Source of the DNA: Candidatus Poribacteria bacterium | GTDB lineage: Bacteria > Poribacteria > WGA-4E > WGA-3G | Length of the DNA: 64,000 nucleotides | Assembly (NCBI GenBank): GCA_964291315.2 | Contig: OZ219753.1 | Span: 1,696,001 to 1,760,000 of the forward strand | Direction: 5' to 3' | Part shown: positions 18,663-29,338 of the stretch, piece after piece | Layout of the letters: each line of letters opens with the position of its first letter | Position numbering within the stretch: position 1 is the stretch's first letter | The notes under the pieces: generated by a model | Told to the model about the DNA's origin: nothing | The model's input: the letters and a program-made list of their open reading frames with translations, nothing else | Databases searched by the model: none | Program-made: the position numbers and the translations under genes

Positions 18663-19246
18663 AACACAAGCATAACCTAATTTGGTCCTCGGCGTATGGA
18701 CAAAATTCGGATTTACCTCCTTTGCTACTGCCGCGGTATTCGGTTGGTAATTCGTTTCGATCCTAAAAATACAAGTGATCTGTGTAACTTTATTTTATAT
18801 AACGTGAGCCTGAAAAAGTTTAGTGTCTTATATGCCCCCTTTACAAGTCGATCGGTGATATAACCTGCGGCTCTCAGCCTGTTTTTCTTGAAGGTGTAGA
18901 CAATTTTGAGCGGCACATCATCAATATCGGATTCCGTTCCTGCAATCCTCCACAGTTTCCGTTCTAATTATATCTTAAACTGTTAAATATATCAACGGCT
19001 TTATTTTTATACTGAAATCTATTGTTAAAAAGAAAAAACGGAGTGCAAATGCAGGAGAAGCAATGCTTGATACAGTTTTCAATATTATCGGAACAGGCGG
19101 TTTTAAATTTTAGTTTGACAAAATTTTGGAAATTATCAATAATAATTACAAATTTATTACACATCAGGGCTCGAGGTATCCATGCCTCATAATCTTAAGA
19201 ATCTAACCTCGACGTAAAAACGAGGAAATATTTAGGAGGAAAAGAC

Positions 19247-20080
19247 GTGACCCATTTATACGTTTCTATAGGATGTATCGCTCTATTGTTATGTGTATCG
19301 TTCCCCATCGGACCCGCCAGCGCGCAGCGCGATGAAGCAACTGTTGCTGCAATCTGGGATTTTAATGATGGGAGCGCCAAAGATAGCTCAAAAAAAGGGC
19401 TAAACGGCAATTTCACCGGAGATCCGCAAGCCGTCGAGGGTATCTCTGGAAAAGCGTTGAAGTTCAATGGCAAAAGCGACGGTATTAAACTTCCAGATTC
19501 TGCGGACATTAACACCGGTGGCCCTTACACCAACCGAACGATCGCTGCGTTATTCAACTGTGACGATGTGAAGATCGACGATCGGAAGCAGGTGATTTTC
19601 GAAGAAGGCGGCGCGACCCGTGGACTGATAATATACGTGCACGGCGGCAAGCTCTATGTCGGCGGCTGGAACCGCGCCGAGTACAATTGGAACGGCGCAT
19701 GGCCCTTCGCAGAAGTGAAGTCAAAGCGGTGGTACCATGTCGGTTTAGTGATCCGTGACGGGGCCGCGAAGGTAGAAAATAAAAAGTTTGAAATGTGGCT
19801 CGATGGCAAACGTATCGCCCAAGAAAAGGGTGGCCAGTTGCACGCGCATGCCGACGACATGGGAATCGGTCATCTCAACCAAAATACTGTCTATCATGAT
19901 GGCGGTGGCGGCGGCAGTGATATGGACTACTTTGGCGGTCTCATAGACGAAGTTCTTGTCTACGGCTCCGCTTTTGACGAAGCCGACTTCGCTAAACTCG
20001 CTTCACCCTTGAGCGTTGAAGCCCAATCGAAATTCACAACTACCTGGGCATATATGAAAACGCAACGAATCGAAAATTAA
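19247..20080 (+). CDS. Secreted LamG/concanavalin A-like jelly-roll protein
   Basis: Signal peptide, WDFNDGS..DSS, GKALKFNG, WYHV, FGGLIDEV, tail VEAQSKFTTTWAYMK. Confidence 0.88.
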   Translation: MTHLYVSIGCIALLLCVSFPIGPASAQRDEATVAAIWDFNDGSAKDSSKKGLNGNFTGDPQAVEGISGKALKFNGKSDGIKLPDSADINTGGPYTNRTIAALFNCDDVKIDDRKQVIFEEGGATRGLIIYVHGGKLYVGGWNRAEYNWNGAWPFAEVKSKRWYHVGLVIRDGAAKVENKKFEMWLDGKRIAQEKGGQLHAHADDMGIGHLNQNTVYHDGGGGGSDMDYFGGLIDEVLVYGSAFDEADFAKLASPLSVEAQSKFTTTWAYMKTQRIEN

Positions 20081-20142
20081 CCTCAATGTTTAGATCGAGA
20101 TTCAAAAATAACAGTCTATAGACGAAAAGGAGGTATGCCACA

Positions 20143-20979
20143 ATGGCGAAATACCGTTTTATTTTTTTATTCACGGTTTTGCTCATGCTTATCGCTGCAT
20201 CCACTTACGCTGCGAAAGACGAGGCAACTCTCGAAGGTGAATGGAGTCTTGAAGACTTAGACGTTGCCGATTCCTCCGGAAAAGGCTTAGATGGGACAGT
20301 TGTGGGAGCCCCTGAGATCGTTGAGGGTATTGTCGGCTCCGCACTACTTTTTAACGGCATAGATGACGGAATCCAACTCCCTAATTCCGAAGGTATTAAT
20401 GCCATCGCACAACCCGATTTCTACACAGATCGGACAATAGCCTGCTACTTTAAATGTACCGATGTGGATATTGCTGATCACAAACAGACGATCTATGAGG
20501 AAGGCGGACAAACACGTGGCCTCGTCCTCTATGTGTTTGACGGGCAACTCTATGTCGGCGGCTGGAACCGAGCAGAATACAACTGGGATGGCGCATGGCC
20601 CTCTGTCTCAATAGAATCAGGGATGTGGTATCACGTGGCCCTGATTCTACGCCAAGCAGATGCCGCTGTTGAAGCCGACAAATTCGAGATGTGGCTTAAC
20701 GGCGAACAAGTTGCCAGCGAAGACGGCGGCGCACTTTATGGGCATAGTGCCGCTATCGGCATCGGTTATGTCAATACCGACACCGTTTTTCACGATGAAG
20801 TAATTGCAGGCACCGACATGCACTACTTCGGCGGGAGCATAGATGAAGTCATCGTCTACAATTCCGCTTTTGACAAAGCCGACTTCGCTGAATATGCAGA
20901 GATGATCGTAAGTGTTGAACCACAAGACAAATTCACCACAACATGGGCAAGCCTCAAGGCACAACGCACACTGCGATAG
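20143..20979 (+). CDS. Secreted LamG-like protein (tandem paralog of 19247..20080)
   Basis: Shares YVGGWNRAEYNW.GAWP and KFEMWL; tail VEPQDKFTTTWASLK. Confidence 0.88.
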   Translation: MAKYRFIFLFTVLLMLIAASTYAAKDEATLEGEWSLEDLDVADSSGKGLDGTVVGAPEIVEGIVGSALLFNGIDDGIQLPNSEGINAIAQPDFYTDRTIACYFKCTDVDIADHKQTIYEEGGQTRGLVLYVFDGQLYVGGWNRAEYNWDGAWPSVSIESGMWYHVALILRQADAAVEADKFEMWLNGEQVASEDGGALYGHSAAIGIGYVNTDTVFHDEVIAGTDMHYFGGSIDEVIVYNSAFDKADFAEYAEMIVSVEPQDKFTTTWASLKAQRTLR

Positions 20980-21018
20980 CCCTTGTCTCTATTTGTATTT
21001 ATGTAGTGTATTTATTGT

Positions 21019-21049
21019 GTAGGGCGAGGTTTCCCTGCCTCTGCCCTAC
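21019..21049. repeat. REP-like GTAG hairpin / terminator
   Basis: GTAGGGC...GCCCTAC inverted repeat after the LamG pair. Confidence 0.5.
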
Positions 21050-21332
21050 GCTCTTTACAACACTGATACAGAAAATGTATCGCACAGCTAGTCATTAAAC
21101 TCACAACATCACACACATAATAACAACAATAAATTGTCCTGATCTAATCTGTCTTTCCTGCCAAATCAACACGCCAGATGCCAAAGTGTCACAGCACTAG
21201 TGACAGGGATCCCTCGGTCGCGGAAATCTCGTAGGAGCGATTCGTCTTCGGCAATCCGACACGGACGCTTCTCACGGACTTCAAAAACCTCTCTGCTTCA
21301 AATTCCTTCAAATCACACAATACGGAGAAAAG

Positions 21333-21348
21333 TGGCATAGATTTTGCT
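21333..21348 (+). promoter_or_regulatory. Putative sigma54 (-24/-12) promoter of clpB
   Basis: TGGCATAGATTTTGCT with canonical GG-N10-GC spacing, 65 nt before the clpB ATG. Confidence 0.6.
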
Positions 21349-21413
21349 ATATCATATGTCGAATGGATTTGAATGCAATTGAAATAAAATAGGAACAACG
21401 TAGGAGGCACATC

Positions 21414-23996
21414 ATGAGATTTGATAGACTTACGATTAAAGCACAAGAAGCACTACAAACAGCACAGACTTTTGCCTCAGATACCCAAAGTCCAGAACTT
21501 GGTGTTGAACATTTAATGTTGGTTCTCATTAGGCAGACCGATGGAATTGTCACGCCCATTTTTCAGAAATTAGGAGCTGATGTTCCCAAAATCACGTCAA
21601 CCATTGAAAACCTCGTTCAAAAATCGCCAAAAGTGCAAGGCGGAGCTGCCGAGATGCGCATCGCCCCAGCCCTACAAACTCTTCTAGATGCAGGCTTCAA
21701 AGAGGCGACAGCGCTCAAAGACGAATACGTCAGCACAGAACATCTCCTCATAGCGTGTACCGAGGCAAAGCAGACCGACGTCAGCAAAATCCTTCAGGAA
21801 GAGGGAGTAACAAAAGACAAAATCCTCAAGGCGCTTGTTGACATCCGTGGTAACCAGCGAATAACCGATCAGAATCCAGAGGACAAGTACCAAGCACTCA
21901 CCCGATTCGGCCGTGAACTTACACAAGAGGCGATTTCCGGGAAACTTGACCCGGTTATCGGACGCGATGATGAAATCCGCCGCGTGATGCAAGTGCTCTC
22001 CCGTAGACGCAAAAACAACCCCGTTCTCATCGGGGAACCCGGAGTCGGGAAAACAGCAATTGTGGAGGGATTAGCACAGCGGATCGCCGACGGTGATGTG
22101 CCAGAAAGCCTGCGCGAGAAACGCCTCATTGCCCTAGATCTAGGGGCACTCATTGCGGGTAGTAAATACCGCGGTGAATTTGAAGACAGGCTGAAAGCCG
22201 TGCTTGCCGATATAGAGCAAGCAGAAGGACAGATAATCCTTTTTATCGACGAACTTCATACTATCGTGGGCGCTGGAGCAGCAGAAGGTGCAGTTGACGC
22301 ATCAAACATGCTTAAACCAGCACTAGCGCGAGGTGAACTCCGATGCATCGGGGCAACCACGCTCGACGAATACCGCAAACACATTGAAAAAGATGCCGCC
22401 TTGGAACGGAGATTCCAGCCTGTACAGGTCGAAGAACCCTCCGTCGAAGACACAATTGCCATCCTCCGAGGTCTGAAGGAACGGTATGAGACGCATCACG
22501 GTGTGCAAATCCAAGACAACGCCATTGTCGCCGCCGCGGCACTCTCAAAACGTTATATATCAGAACGCTTTTTGCCCGATAAAGCCGTGGATTTAGTCGA
22601 CGAAGCCGCATCGCGGCTGCGGATCGAAATTGACAGCGTGCCGGAGGCCATCGACGAGGTGGAACGCCGCATCATCCAACTCCAGATAGAGGAGCAAGCG
22701 TTGGAGAAAGAGGAAGACAGCGTCTCGCAACAACGCCTCGAAAAACTGACCGCTGAACTCGCAGAACTCAAAGAGAAAGGAAATTCCCTCAAAGCCGCAT
22801 GGCAGAACGAAAAGGCGAGCTTGACACAGATTGGTGATCTCATGGAGCAAATCGAAGCACTCCGTATTGAATCCGAGCAAGCCAAACGAACCGGAGACCT
22901 CGGCAGAGCGTCGGAACTGGAATACGGTAGAATACCTGCCCTCGAATCAGAGCTCAAGACTGCCCGAGAAACATTGGAAACAAGCGCGGATGGCACACAG
23001 ATGTTGAAAGAACAAGTCGATGCGGAGGATATTGCTGAGATTGTGGCCAAATGGACCGGTATCTTTGTATCTCGACTCATGGAAGGCGAAACCCAGAAAC
23101 TTATTCATATGGAAGAACGACTAAGTGAGCTCGTCATCGGACAGGATGAAGCAGTCACCGCCGTCTCCAACGCAATTCGCAGGGCGCGGGTAGGGCTCGG
23201 GGACCCCGATCGACCACTCGGTTCTTTCCTCTTCATGGGGCCAACCGGGGTCGGTAAGACACACCTCGCTAAATCACTTGCCGAATTCCTGTTTGACGAT
23301 GCAAACGCCATGACGCGAATTGACATGAGCGAGTATATGGAGAAACATACTGTCTCTCGACTCATTGGCGCACCGCCTGGATACGTCGGTTATGATGAAG
23401 GCGGGCAGTTGACTGAGGCGGTGAGACGACACCCCTATTGTGTTATCCTGCTCGACGAAGTAGAGAAAGCGCATCCAGAGGTATTCAACGTCTTACTCCA
23501 GATGCTCGACGACGGCAGAATGACGGACGGACAAGGACGCACGGTCGATTTCAAAAACACCGTCGTTATTATGACTTCGAATATCGGCAGTCAATGGATT
23601 AGTGACGCACTCTTGGATAGAAAAGAAATTCGGCGTAAGGTAATGGAAGCCGTGCAAGCACACTTCTCACCGGAATTCCTGAACCGTATCGACGACCTGA
23701 TTATCTTCGATCGCCTCGGCATTGAGGAACTGAAGCGGATTGTCACATTGGAATTGGCAGAACTGAGCCATCGCTTCGCGGAGAAAGAAATGAGCCTGAC
23801 GCTCTCTGAACCTGCAAACGAGGAGTTGGTAAAACGCGGATTCGACCCTGTTTACGGGGCACGCCCGCTCCGCCGAACAATCCAGCGAGATATCCTCAAC
23901 CCCTTGGCTCTCCGGATGTTGGAGGGCACCTTCCACGACGGCGATGCGATTACCGTTGACTTTGAGAATGCAGAATTCGCTTTCAGAAAAACGTGA
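21414..23996 (+). CDS. clpB: ATP-dependent chaperone ClpB
   Basis: Two AAA+ modules ([16 protein letters not shown]), coiled-coil middle domain, [20 protein letters not shown]. Confidence 0.97.
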   Translation: MRFDRLTIKAQEALQTAQTFASDTQSPELGVEHLMLVLIRQTDGIVTPIFQKLGADVPKITSTIENLVQKSPKVQGGAAEMRIAPALQTLLDAGFKEATALKDEYVSTEHLLIACTEAKQTDVSKILQEEGVTKDKILKALVDIRGNQRITDQNPEDKYQALTRFGRELTQEAISGKLDPVIGRDDEIRRVMQVLSRRRKNNPVLIGEPGVGKTAIVEGLAQRIADGDVPESLREKRLIALDLGALIAGSKYRGEFEDRLKAVLADIEQAEGQIILFIDELHTIVGAGAAEGAVDASNMLKPALARGELRCIGATTLDEYRKHIEKDAALERRFQPVQVEEPSVEDTIAILRGLKERYETHHGVQIQDNAIVAAAALSKRYISERFLPDKAVDLVDEAASRLRIEIDSVPEAIDEVERRIIQLQIEEQALEKEEDSVSQQRLEKLTAELAELKEKGNSLKAAWQNEKASLTQIGDLMEQIEALRIESEQAKRTGDLGRASELEYGRIPALESELKTARETLETSADGTQMLKEQVDAEDIAEIVAKWTGIFVSRLMEGETQKLIHMEERLSELVIGQDEAVTAVSNAIRRARVGLGDPDRPLGSFLFMGPTGVGKTHLAKSLAEFLFDDANAMTRIDMSEYMEKHTVSRLIGAPPGYVGYDEGGQLTEAVRRHPYCVILLDEVEKAHPEVFNVLLQMLDDGRMTDGQGRTVDFKNTVVIMTSNIGSQWISDALLDRKEIRRKVMEAVQAHFSPEFLNRIDDLIIFDRLGIEELKRIVTLELAELSHRFAEKEMSLTLSEPANEELVKRGFDPVYGARPLRRTIQRDILNPLALRMLEGTFHDGDAITVDFENAEFAFRKT

Positions 23997-24486
23997 TTTT
24001 TAGTTACAGGTTATCGCCTAAAAGAATTTGCGACTTACCCAATCGCCTTTCATCTGTTAGGAGGAACAGAAGACTGGGGTGGCAGAAGTTTGGCTTCTCT
24101 TCCAGTCTTCCCTTCCTTTCTTTAATAATGGAGTGGGGCACTGCGTTAACCGGGACGTCTTGTTCATAGGCTTTGTTTAACACAGGGTCGGTTTTCATAG
24201 TTCCCTTATAAATGGCGAGATACCCGCCTATTTTAAATCTAAGAAATCACACGGATCTATTCCCGCATCCTTTTTATTTATTGCCTTAACACCGTCAGGC
24301 AAAACAGAAAAACCGTTTTTAACGATAGGGGTTGTGCCGAGAGGCCCATTTGCACTCCTTCCTTTATATTACATAATTTATCATAAATTATGTTCGCGAG
24401 AAAGATGGATAAGGTGAACATTGCCGCCGATTTGTATTGAGACATTTTCATGAAAAGACCTCCATTAGGTTATTGTAGAAAGCCCA

Positions 24487-25389
24487 CTATGGCGCGGGCT
24501 TCGTGCGATTACGTTCTTTCCATTCCGTGTAGAACTCTTCAAAATCTATATCTGGCGAAGCGGGCTTCGTGCGATTAATTTCGTCCCGCTCGCGATTGAG
24601 TTGTTCCCGCTCCACTTCCAATGCCCGCCACGCTATCGCCAGAGCTTCTCGGGTTTCCGCGAGTGCCTGCGCCTCCTGATTTAACTCCTCAACGGACTTC
24701 GCGGCGCCGAACTCCTCGATGTGCGTAAAAAAAAGATCCACTGTCTCGACAGGCTGCGTTTTCAATGCCTCTTTCCGCGCAACCTCAAGTTGTTCAGGGG
24801 ACATCAGCGAAAAAACTGATAAGATATGTTCCCGCCTCTTCTTTGAATCCGCGTGACTCGCCTCCCCATGGGCTAATTCTTTTCTAACCAATGCACTGTC
24901 CCTTTTGTGGTGTGCCCGTCTCCGCTGGTCCCATTCGTGATACCGAGTCGCACGCTCGATGGACGCGATGCGATATTCTTCCTGGATTTCCTTGGCGACA
25001 TCCAGCGGCACACCTTTGAGAGGCCCTGACTGCACAACTTCCACCCGCTCGGTAGATATGGCAGCAACGGTGTCATCAGACGCGGGCGCAGCGGGCATCG
25101 GTCCGGTCTCGGAGGAGCCCTTTATTGACGCAGGAGGGGATACGGGGGTACCGTTTCGCTTGGCCGCCGCCGCTTTTAGGCGCCGAACTTCGGCGCGCGC
25201 CTCTGCCAGCTGTTGCGTCAACATTGCCTCTCTGTCTTTGTATAGGGACATATTTAAGTAATCAAACAAGAACATCGATGTCCCAAATGCGACTGCAAAA
25301 ATTATGAAAAAATCGACAAGATTCAACCTACGCTCGGTAAAAGCATTAAAAATACGCGGGTCGGTAAAAAAACGACAACGCCGACTCAT
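24487..25389 (-). CDS. Hypothetical single-TM coiled-coil protein
   Basis: AGGAG RBS, TM helix, Pro/Ala linker, E/R-rich coiled coil. Confidence 0.65.
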   Translation of the reverse strand: MSRRCRFFTDPRIFNAFTERRLNLVDFFIIFAVAFGTSMFLFDYLNMSLYKDREAMLTQQLAEARAEVRRLKAAAAKRNGTPVSPPASIKGSSETGPMPAAPASDDTVAAISTERVEVVQSGPLKGVPLDVAKEIQEEYRIASIERATRYHEWDQRRRAHHKRDSALVRKELAHGEASHADSKKRREHILSVFSLMSPEQLEVARKEALKTQPVETVDLFFTHIEEFGAAKSVEELNQEAQALAETREALAIAWRALEVEREQLNRERDEINRTKPASPDIDFEEFYTEWKERNRTKPAP

Positions 25390-25893
25390 GAGTCAATCTC
25401 CTATAGGGTAGTTATCCGCTTGCGTCTTGCATCTATCCGCGTCCGGACAGCGGGGCTTTTGACACTGCTGCGGTTGTTATTCAACTTTTGCGGAGTATTG
25501 CCGAAACGCAATAAAAGCAAAAGTGCTTGCTAATGCGCAAAATCGACATCAAAAGCATTATAGCCAAAAGCCACAAAAATGGTCAAGTTTTTTAAAATAG
25601 GATATAATAAGTTATAATATAGGAGATTGTTCAAAAGAATAATTTTCCAATTGTTAGCGTTGATTTTTTGAAGGTTCTGATAAAATATAAAAGCAGGTAA
25701 TTCAGACGCAGATATTCATTAGTGGATAGATAGAGGCTGACTAAACTATAGATTGTGAGTTAGGTGTTCATGACACAAAACTCGGTCTAGTCCACCTCCT
25801 GAATCCAACAACCTGAAATATATTTGAGTTGTGTGATGTTAAGCCTACCATAGATGATACAGTCACTCAGACTCAGGCGAAAAAGGAGGCCGC

Positions 25894-26875
25894 ATGTCCG
25901 GATTTTTTTTAGGGATTGATGGGGGTGGAACAAAAACGAGGTGCGCGATTGCCGATGAAACAGGCAAAGTGATCGGTTTCGGTCAAGCCGGCGGGTGCAA
26001 AACTGATACGTATACGACACATCAGAGAGCCCAGCAGAATGTTCGATCCGCTGTTGCTCTTGCGATCGATGAAGCAGGAATTGCCTTGGCAGACATCACA
26101 ACAGCTTGTTTTGGTATTCCGGGAATCGATTCACGTGCTGACCTTAAGAAGGCCTGTCAACTGACCGAATTCACAGAACTTAAGGGGCAGGCACTCATAG
26201 AAACAGATGCCAAAATCGCGTGGGCGGGTGCGCTTGTGTGTCAACCCGGTGTCGGCGTTGTGTCCGGTAATGGTTTTGATGTGTATGGCGTTAGTGGAGA
26301 CGGAGAAGAAATGAAAGCACTCGGGCCGGAGGGGCCTTTTATACTCTACGGTGAATCGTGTGAAGACTTGGAAAACAGGATCCTTTATGAATGCCTCGCG
26401 GCAAACGAAGCCTCTCCGATGCTAGCAAACGTGTTAGAACTTATAGGCTTTCAGACACAAGCGGCATGGATTGCCAAGGCCCAAGAACATAAGTTTTCTT
26501 GGCGTGAACATAGAGGGGTTGCTACCACTTGCTGTCAAAGCAGCTCGAGCGGGTGATGAATGCGCGTCTCATATTTTTCAAGAGGCGGGTAGGACATTAG
26601 GGTTAGCAGCTGTAACGCTTATGAAATGCCTCCGGATTCGTGAGACAGACATCTCATTCATCGGGGGTGCCTTTGAAGTCTGCGGTGAGCTACTGTCTGG
26701 GCCTTTCAGGCACATTGTGTCAAGTAGATGTCCTCGTTCTACGGTCGTCTTTCCGAGGCTGAAACCCGTGGCCGGCGCCCTTTTTCTAGCAATGCGCGCG
26801 ACGGGTAGAAAAATAGACACACCGCTCATTGAAAACATGGCTGCGGCACTTTCTATCAAAAACAACCCGCTCTAA
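25894..26875 (+). pseudogene. BadF/BadG/BcrA/BcrD (N-acetylglucosamine kinase-like) ATPase, split by one frameshift at about 26494-26518
   Basis: GIDGGGTKT N-terminus in ORF 25894..26556; C-terminus AARAGD..A..IF..AG..L and GGAF in ORF 26471..26875. Confidence 0.75.
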
Positions 26876-26889
26876 CCTAACAACTCTAC

Positions 26890-26918
26890 TTGACAATTCT
26901 ATTCATGCGGAGTATAAT
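26890..26918 (+). promoter_or_regulatory. Consensus sigma70 promoter of trpA
   Basis: TTGACA-17 nt-TATAAT. Confidence 0.75.
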
Positions 26919-26961
26919 TGAAAAAAATATATTCAGAGAAAGCCGGGACTCAATTATATCC

Positions 26962-27765
26962 ATGAATAATCGAATTGACAAAAAATTTCAAAACCTCCGA
27001 GAGCAAGGTGTTAGGGCTTTTATGCCATATCTCTGTGCTGGAGACCCAAATCCTGAGCTTACCCGTGAACTCCTTCTTACGCTTGAGGAAGCCGGAGCAG
27101 ATCTTATTGAACTCGGAGTTCCCTTCTCCGATCCGATCGCAGACGGACCCACTATTCAACGTGCAAGTGAACGCGCACTTGCACATCACATCTCACTGCA
27201 ACAGATTTTGGAAATAGTGGCAGACCTTCGCACACAAACAGAAATTCCTATCGCTTTAATGAGCTACTATAATCCGATCTTTAGGATGGGCGAGGAGACG
27301 TTTTGTAAAGCTGCACATGAGGCAGGTGTGGACGGTTTAATTGTTCCCGACCTACCACCAGAGCAGGCGCAACCCCTTCTTGAAACCGCCCCTGATTATA
27401 ACCTCGCGACGATTTTCCTCGTTGCTCCGACGAGCCCGCCAGAACGGATACAATTGATTGCATCGGTCAGCACAGGTTTTATCTACTGTGTTTCTGTAAC
27501 GGGTGTGACAGGGGCCCGGGCCATGCTATCGGATGAGATCACTCCGATGCTTGCAGAACTGCGAAAACATACAGACAAACCAATCAGTGTCGGTTTCGGT
27601 GTCTCAACGTCTGAGCAAGCGAAACACGTGGCTGCGATCGCCGATGGCGTGATCGTCGGAAGCGCTATTATCAACGTTATTGAAGCGAATATGAACGACG
27701 AAGCGAAGTTATTCACTGCTGTCAAGCGATTCGCGTCAGATTTAGCTGCCGGTGTCAAAGCCTAA
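26962..27765 (+). CDS. trpA: Tryptophan synthase alpha chain
   Basis: IELGVPFSDPIADGPTIQ, MSYYNP, IVPDLP, GVTGAR, VGFGVS, DGVIVGSA. Confidence 0.97.
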   Translation: MNNRIDKKFQNLREQGVRAFMPYLCAGDPNPELTRELLLTLEEAGADLIELGVPFSDPIADGPTIQRASERALAHHISLQQILEIVADLRTQTEIPIALMSYYNPIFRMGEETFCKAAHEAGVDGLIVPDLPPEQAQPLLETAPDYNLATIFLVAPTSPPERIQLIASVSTGFIYCVSVTGVTGARAMLSDEITPMLAELRKHTDKPISVGFGVSTSEQAKHVAAIADGVIVGSAIINVIEANMNDEAKLFTAVKRFASDLAAGVKA

Positions 27766-27786
27766 AGCCCCTGGGCTTGCTTATGC

Positions 27787-28686
27787 TTACATACCCCGCC
27801 GAATACCGAATTCTGCCTCAAACGCGCTCCAAATGGCCTCAGGGATATGAAGCGTCGCCGCTTCATATCCGTCTTCCACTTGTGCTTTGTCGGCAGGACC
27901 GAACATAACGATCCCATCTATCGGGGCCGCCAGACAAAACTGCATCGCTAAATGACGTATGTTAACATTACGTTCCTGACACCACTGCCACATAGCGTGT
28001 GCCTTCGGTTCAGCACCAGGGTTGCGGCGACGTTCCGTTTCGGCGTCCGGTTCTATGCCCGTCAAACTGCCCATGCCGAATGGACTCGCGAGGATGATGC
28101 CGACATCGTGCTCACGTGCCAAGGGCAATGTTGTCTCGGCCACAGATTGTGACAAGAGCGTATAGTCCAAAAAGGTAAGGATGATCTCGATATGCCCGGT
28201 TTCGATGAATTCTTTGTGGAATTCATGTGAACGGACACCAGCACCAATATGTCGGACGCTCCCCTCCGCTTTCATCTCCAATAACGTATCCAACGCTTGA
28301 CCGGGGGCCAATACGCTTTCCATATCAAGTGGGTCGTGGATAAGTACAGCATCGAGGTAATCCGTGCGGAGATGTCTGAGACTATTTGTGACGCTCCAGC
28401 GCGTGACCTCTGCGGAAAAGTCTTTTCGGCGCTCGGGATGCGTGCCTACCTTTGCTTGCAAATAAACGTTTTCTCTTAATCCCCCTGAGAGTGCTTCTCC
28501 CCAGAGGTGTTCGGCGTGTCCCGGGTAAGTGTCAATATAGTTAATACCGAGTTCAACACCGCGTCGGATAGCGTCGATAACTTCAGTATCAGGTTTCTGC
28601 CACAGCCAGGCCGCGCCGAGGGCAAGCGCATTCGGACGCATCTCTGTCCGTCCCAACCGTCGGGCTTCCAACTTTGAATGTGCCAT
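27787..28686 (-). CDS. Aldo/keto reductase
   Basis: RRLGRT, GINYIDT, KVG, SL..LRTDYLD..LIHDP. Confidence 0.9.
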   Translation of the reverse strand: MAHSKLEARRLGRTEMRPNALALGAAWLWQKPDTEVIDAIRRGVELGINYIDTYPGHAEHLWGEALSGGLRENVYLQAKVGTHPERRKDFSAEVTRWSVTNSLRHLRTDYLDAVLIHDPLDMESVLAPGQALDTLLEMKAEGSVRHIGAGVRSHEFHKEFIETGHIEIILTFLDYTLLSQSVAETTLPLAREHDVGIILASPFGMGSLTGIEPDAETERRRNPGAEPKAHAMWQWCQERNVNIRHLAMQFCLAAPIDGIVMFGPADKAQVEDGYEAATLHIPEAIWSAFEAEFGIRRGM

Positions 28687-28713
28687 AGAATCATGTACCT
28701 TCTGGGATCAAAA

Positions 28714-29316
28714 CTATTCTGTCGAGAGTGCCTGCCTGAGTTTGTGTGTAGAGTCAGCAAGCGATTCTTGTAGATATGGATACGGAAAACCGCCCCAGCG
28801 ATCAGGCGGGGGCTCAGACGCTTGCGCAATTTTCAGACTCACAAAAATAGGGCCCGTCTCGTTCCAGATTTTCGGCAATGCTGTTTCAAATGCATTGGCA
28901 TTGTCAAATTCATAAACATGCTCAAAACCCACCCCTCTGGCGATCATGTACCAACTGAAACCTCGGCTACCGGCCGGGACCGGTTGATTGCCAGTAACTT
29001 CATAGGTGCCGTTATCAGCGACAAATAGGACGTAGTTGGGCGGCGGTCTGTTCAGGGCAGTAATCGTCGCCAATGTACCCAAACACATCAGCATGCTTCC
29101 GTCACCGTTGAGTACAACTACCTTTTTATTTGGCTTGGCGAGTGCGATACCGAGGGCAAAGTCAGCAGCATGTCCCATGGCACTGCCGACGGAAGCATAG
29201 TCCAAAGGATGTGTCGATATTTTTCCCCACGGCACCGTCATTCCCATCGTTGTGACAACGACTTCGTCTGTCCGTTGGTTTGCAATAAGCTGCAGACACT
29301 CTTCTTTGATAATCAT
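28714..29316 (-). CDS. ThDP-binding decarboxylase beta subunit (sulfopyruvate/phosphonopyruvate decarboxylase-like)
   Basis: GSAMGHA, GDGSMLM...DNGTY.VTGNQP; C-terminal ThDP-binding domain only. Confidence 0.8.
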   Translation of the reverse strand: MIIKEECLQLIANQRTDEVVVTTMGMTVPWGKISTHPLDYASVGSAMGHAADFALGIALAKPNKKVVVLNGDGSMLMCLGTLATITALNRPPPNYVLFVADNGTYEVTGNQPVPAGSRGFSWYMIARGVGFEHVYEFDNANAFETALPKIWNETGPIFVSLKIAQASEPPPDRWGGFPYPYLQESLADSTHKLRQALSTE

Positions 29317-29338
29317 AATTTTTCCAATGACTTGAGAA

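Noticed and set aside
24004-24198. 64-aa ORF downstream of clpB
   Set aside because: No recognisable motif, and it runs through a GAAGACTGG/CCAGTCTTC palindrome; likely spurious or a relic
24494-24578. 18-bp direct repeat GCGGGCTTCGTGCGATTA as a CRISPR remnant
   Set aside because: Only two copies, in frame within a CDS (NRTKPA twice), and no cas genes
26962-27765. Solitary trpA as something novel
   Set aside because: Dispersed trp genes are common, and the gene has its own consensus promoter
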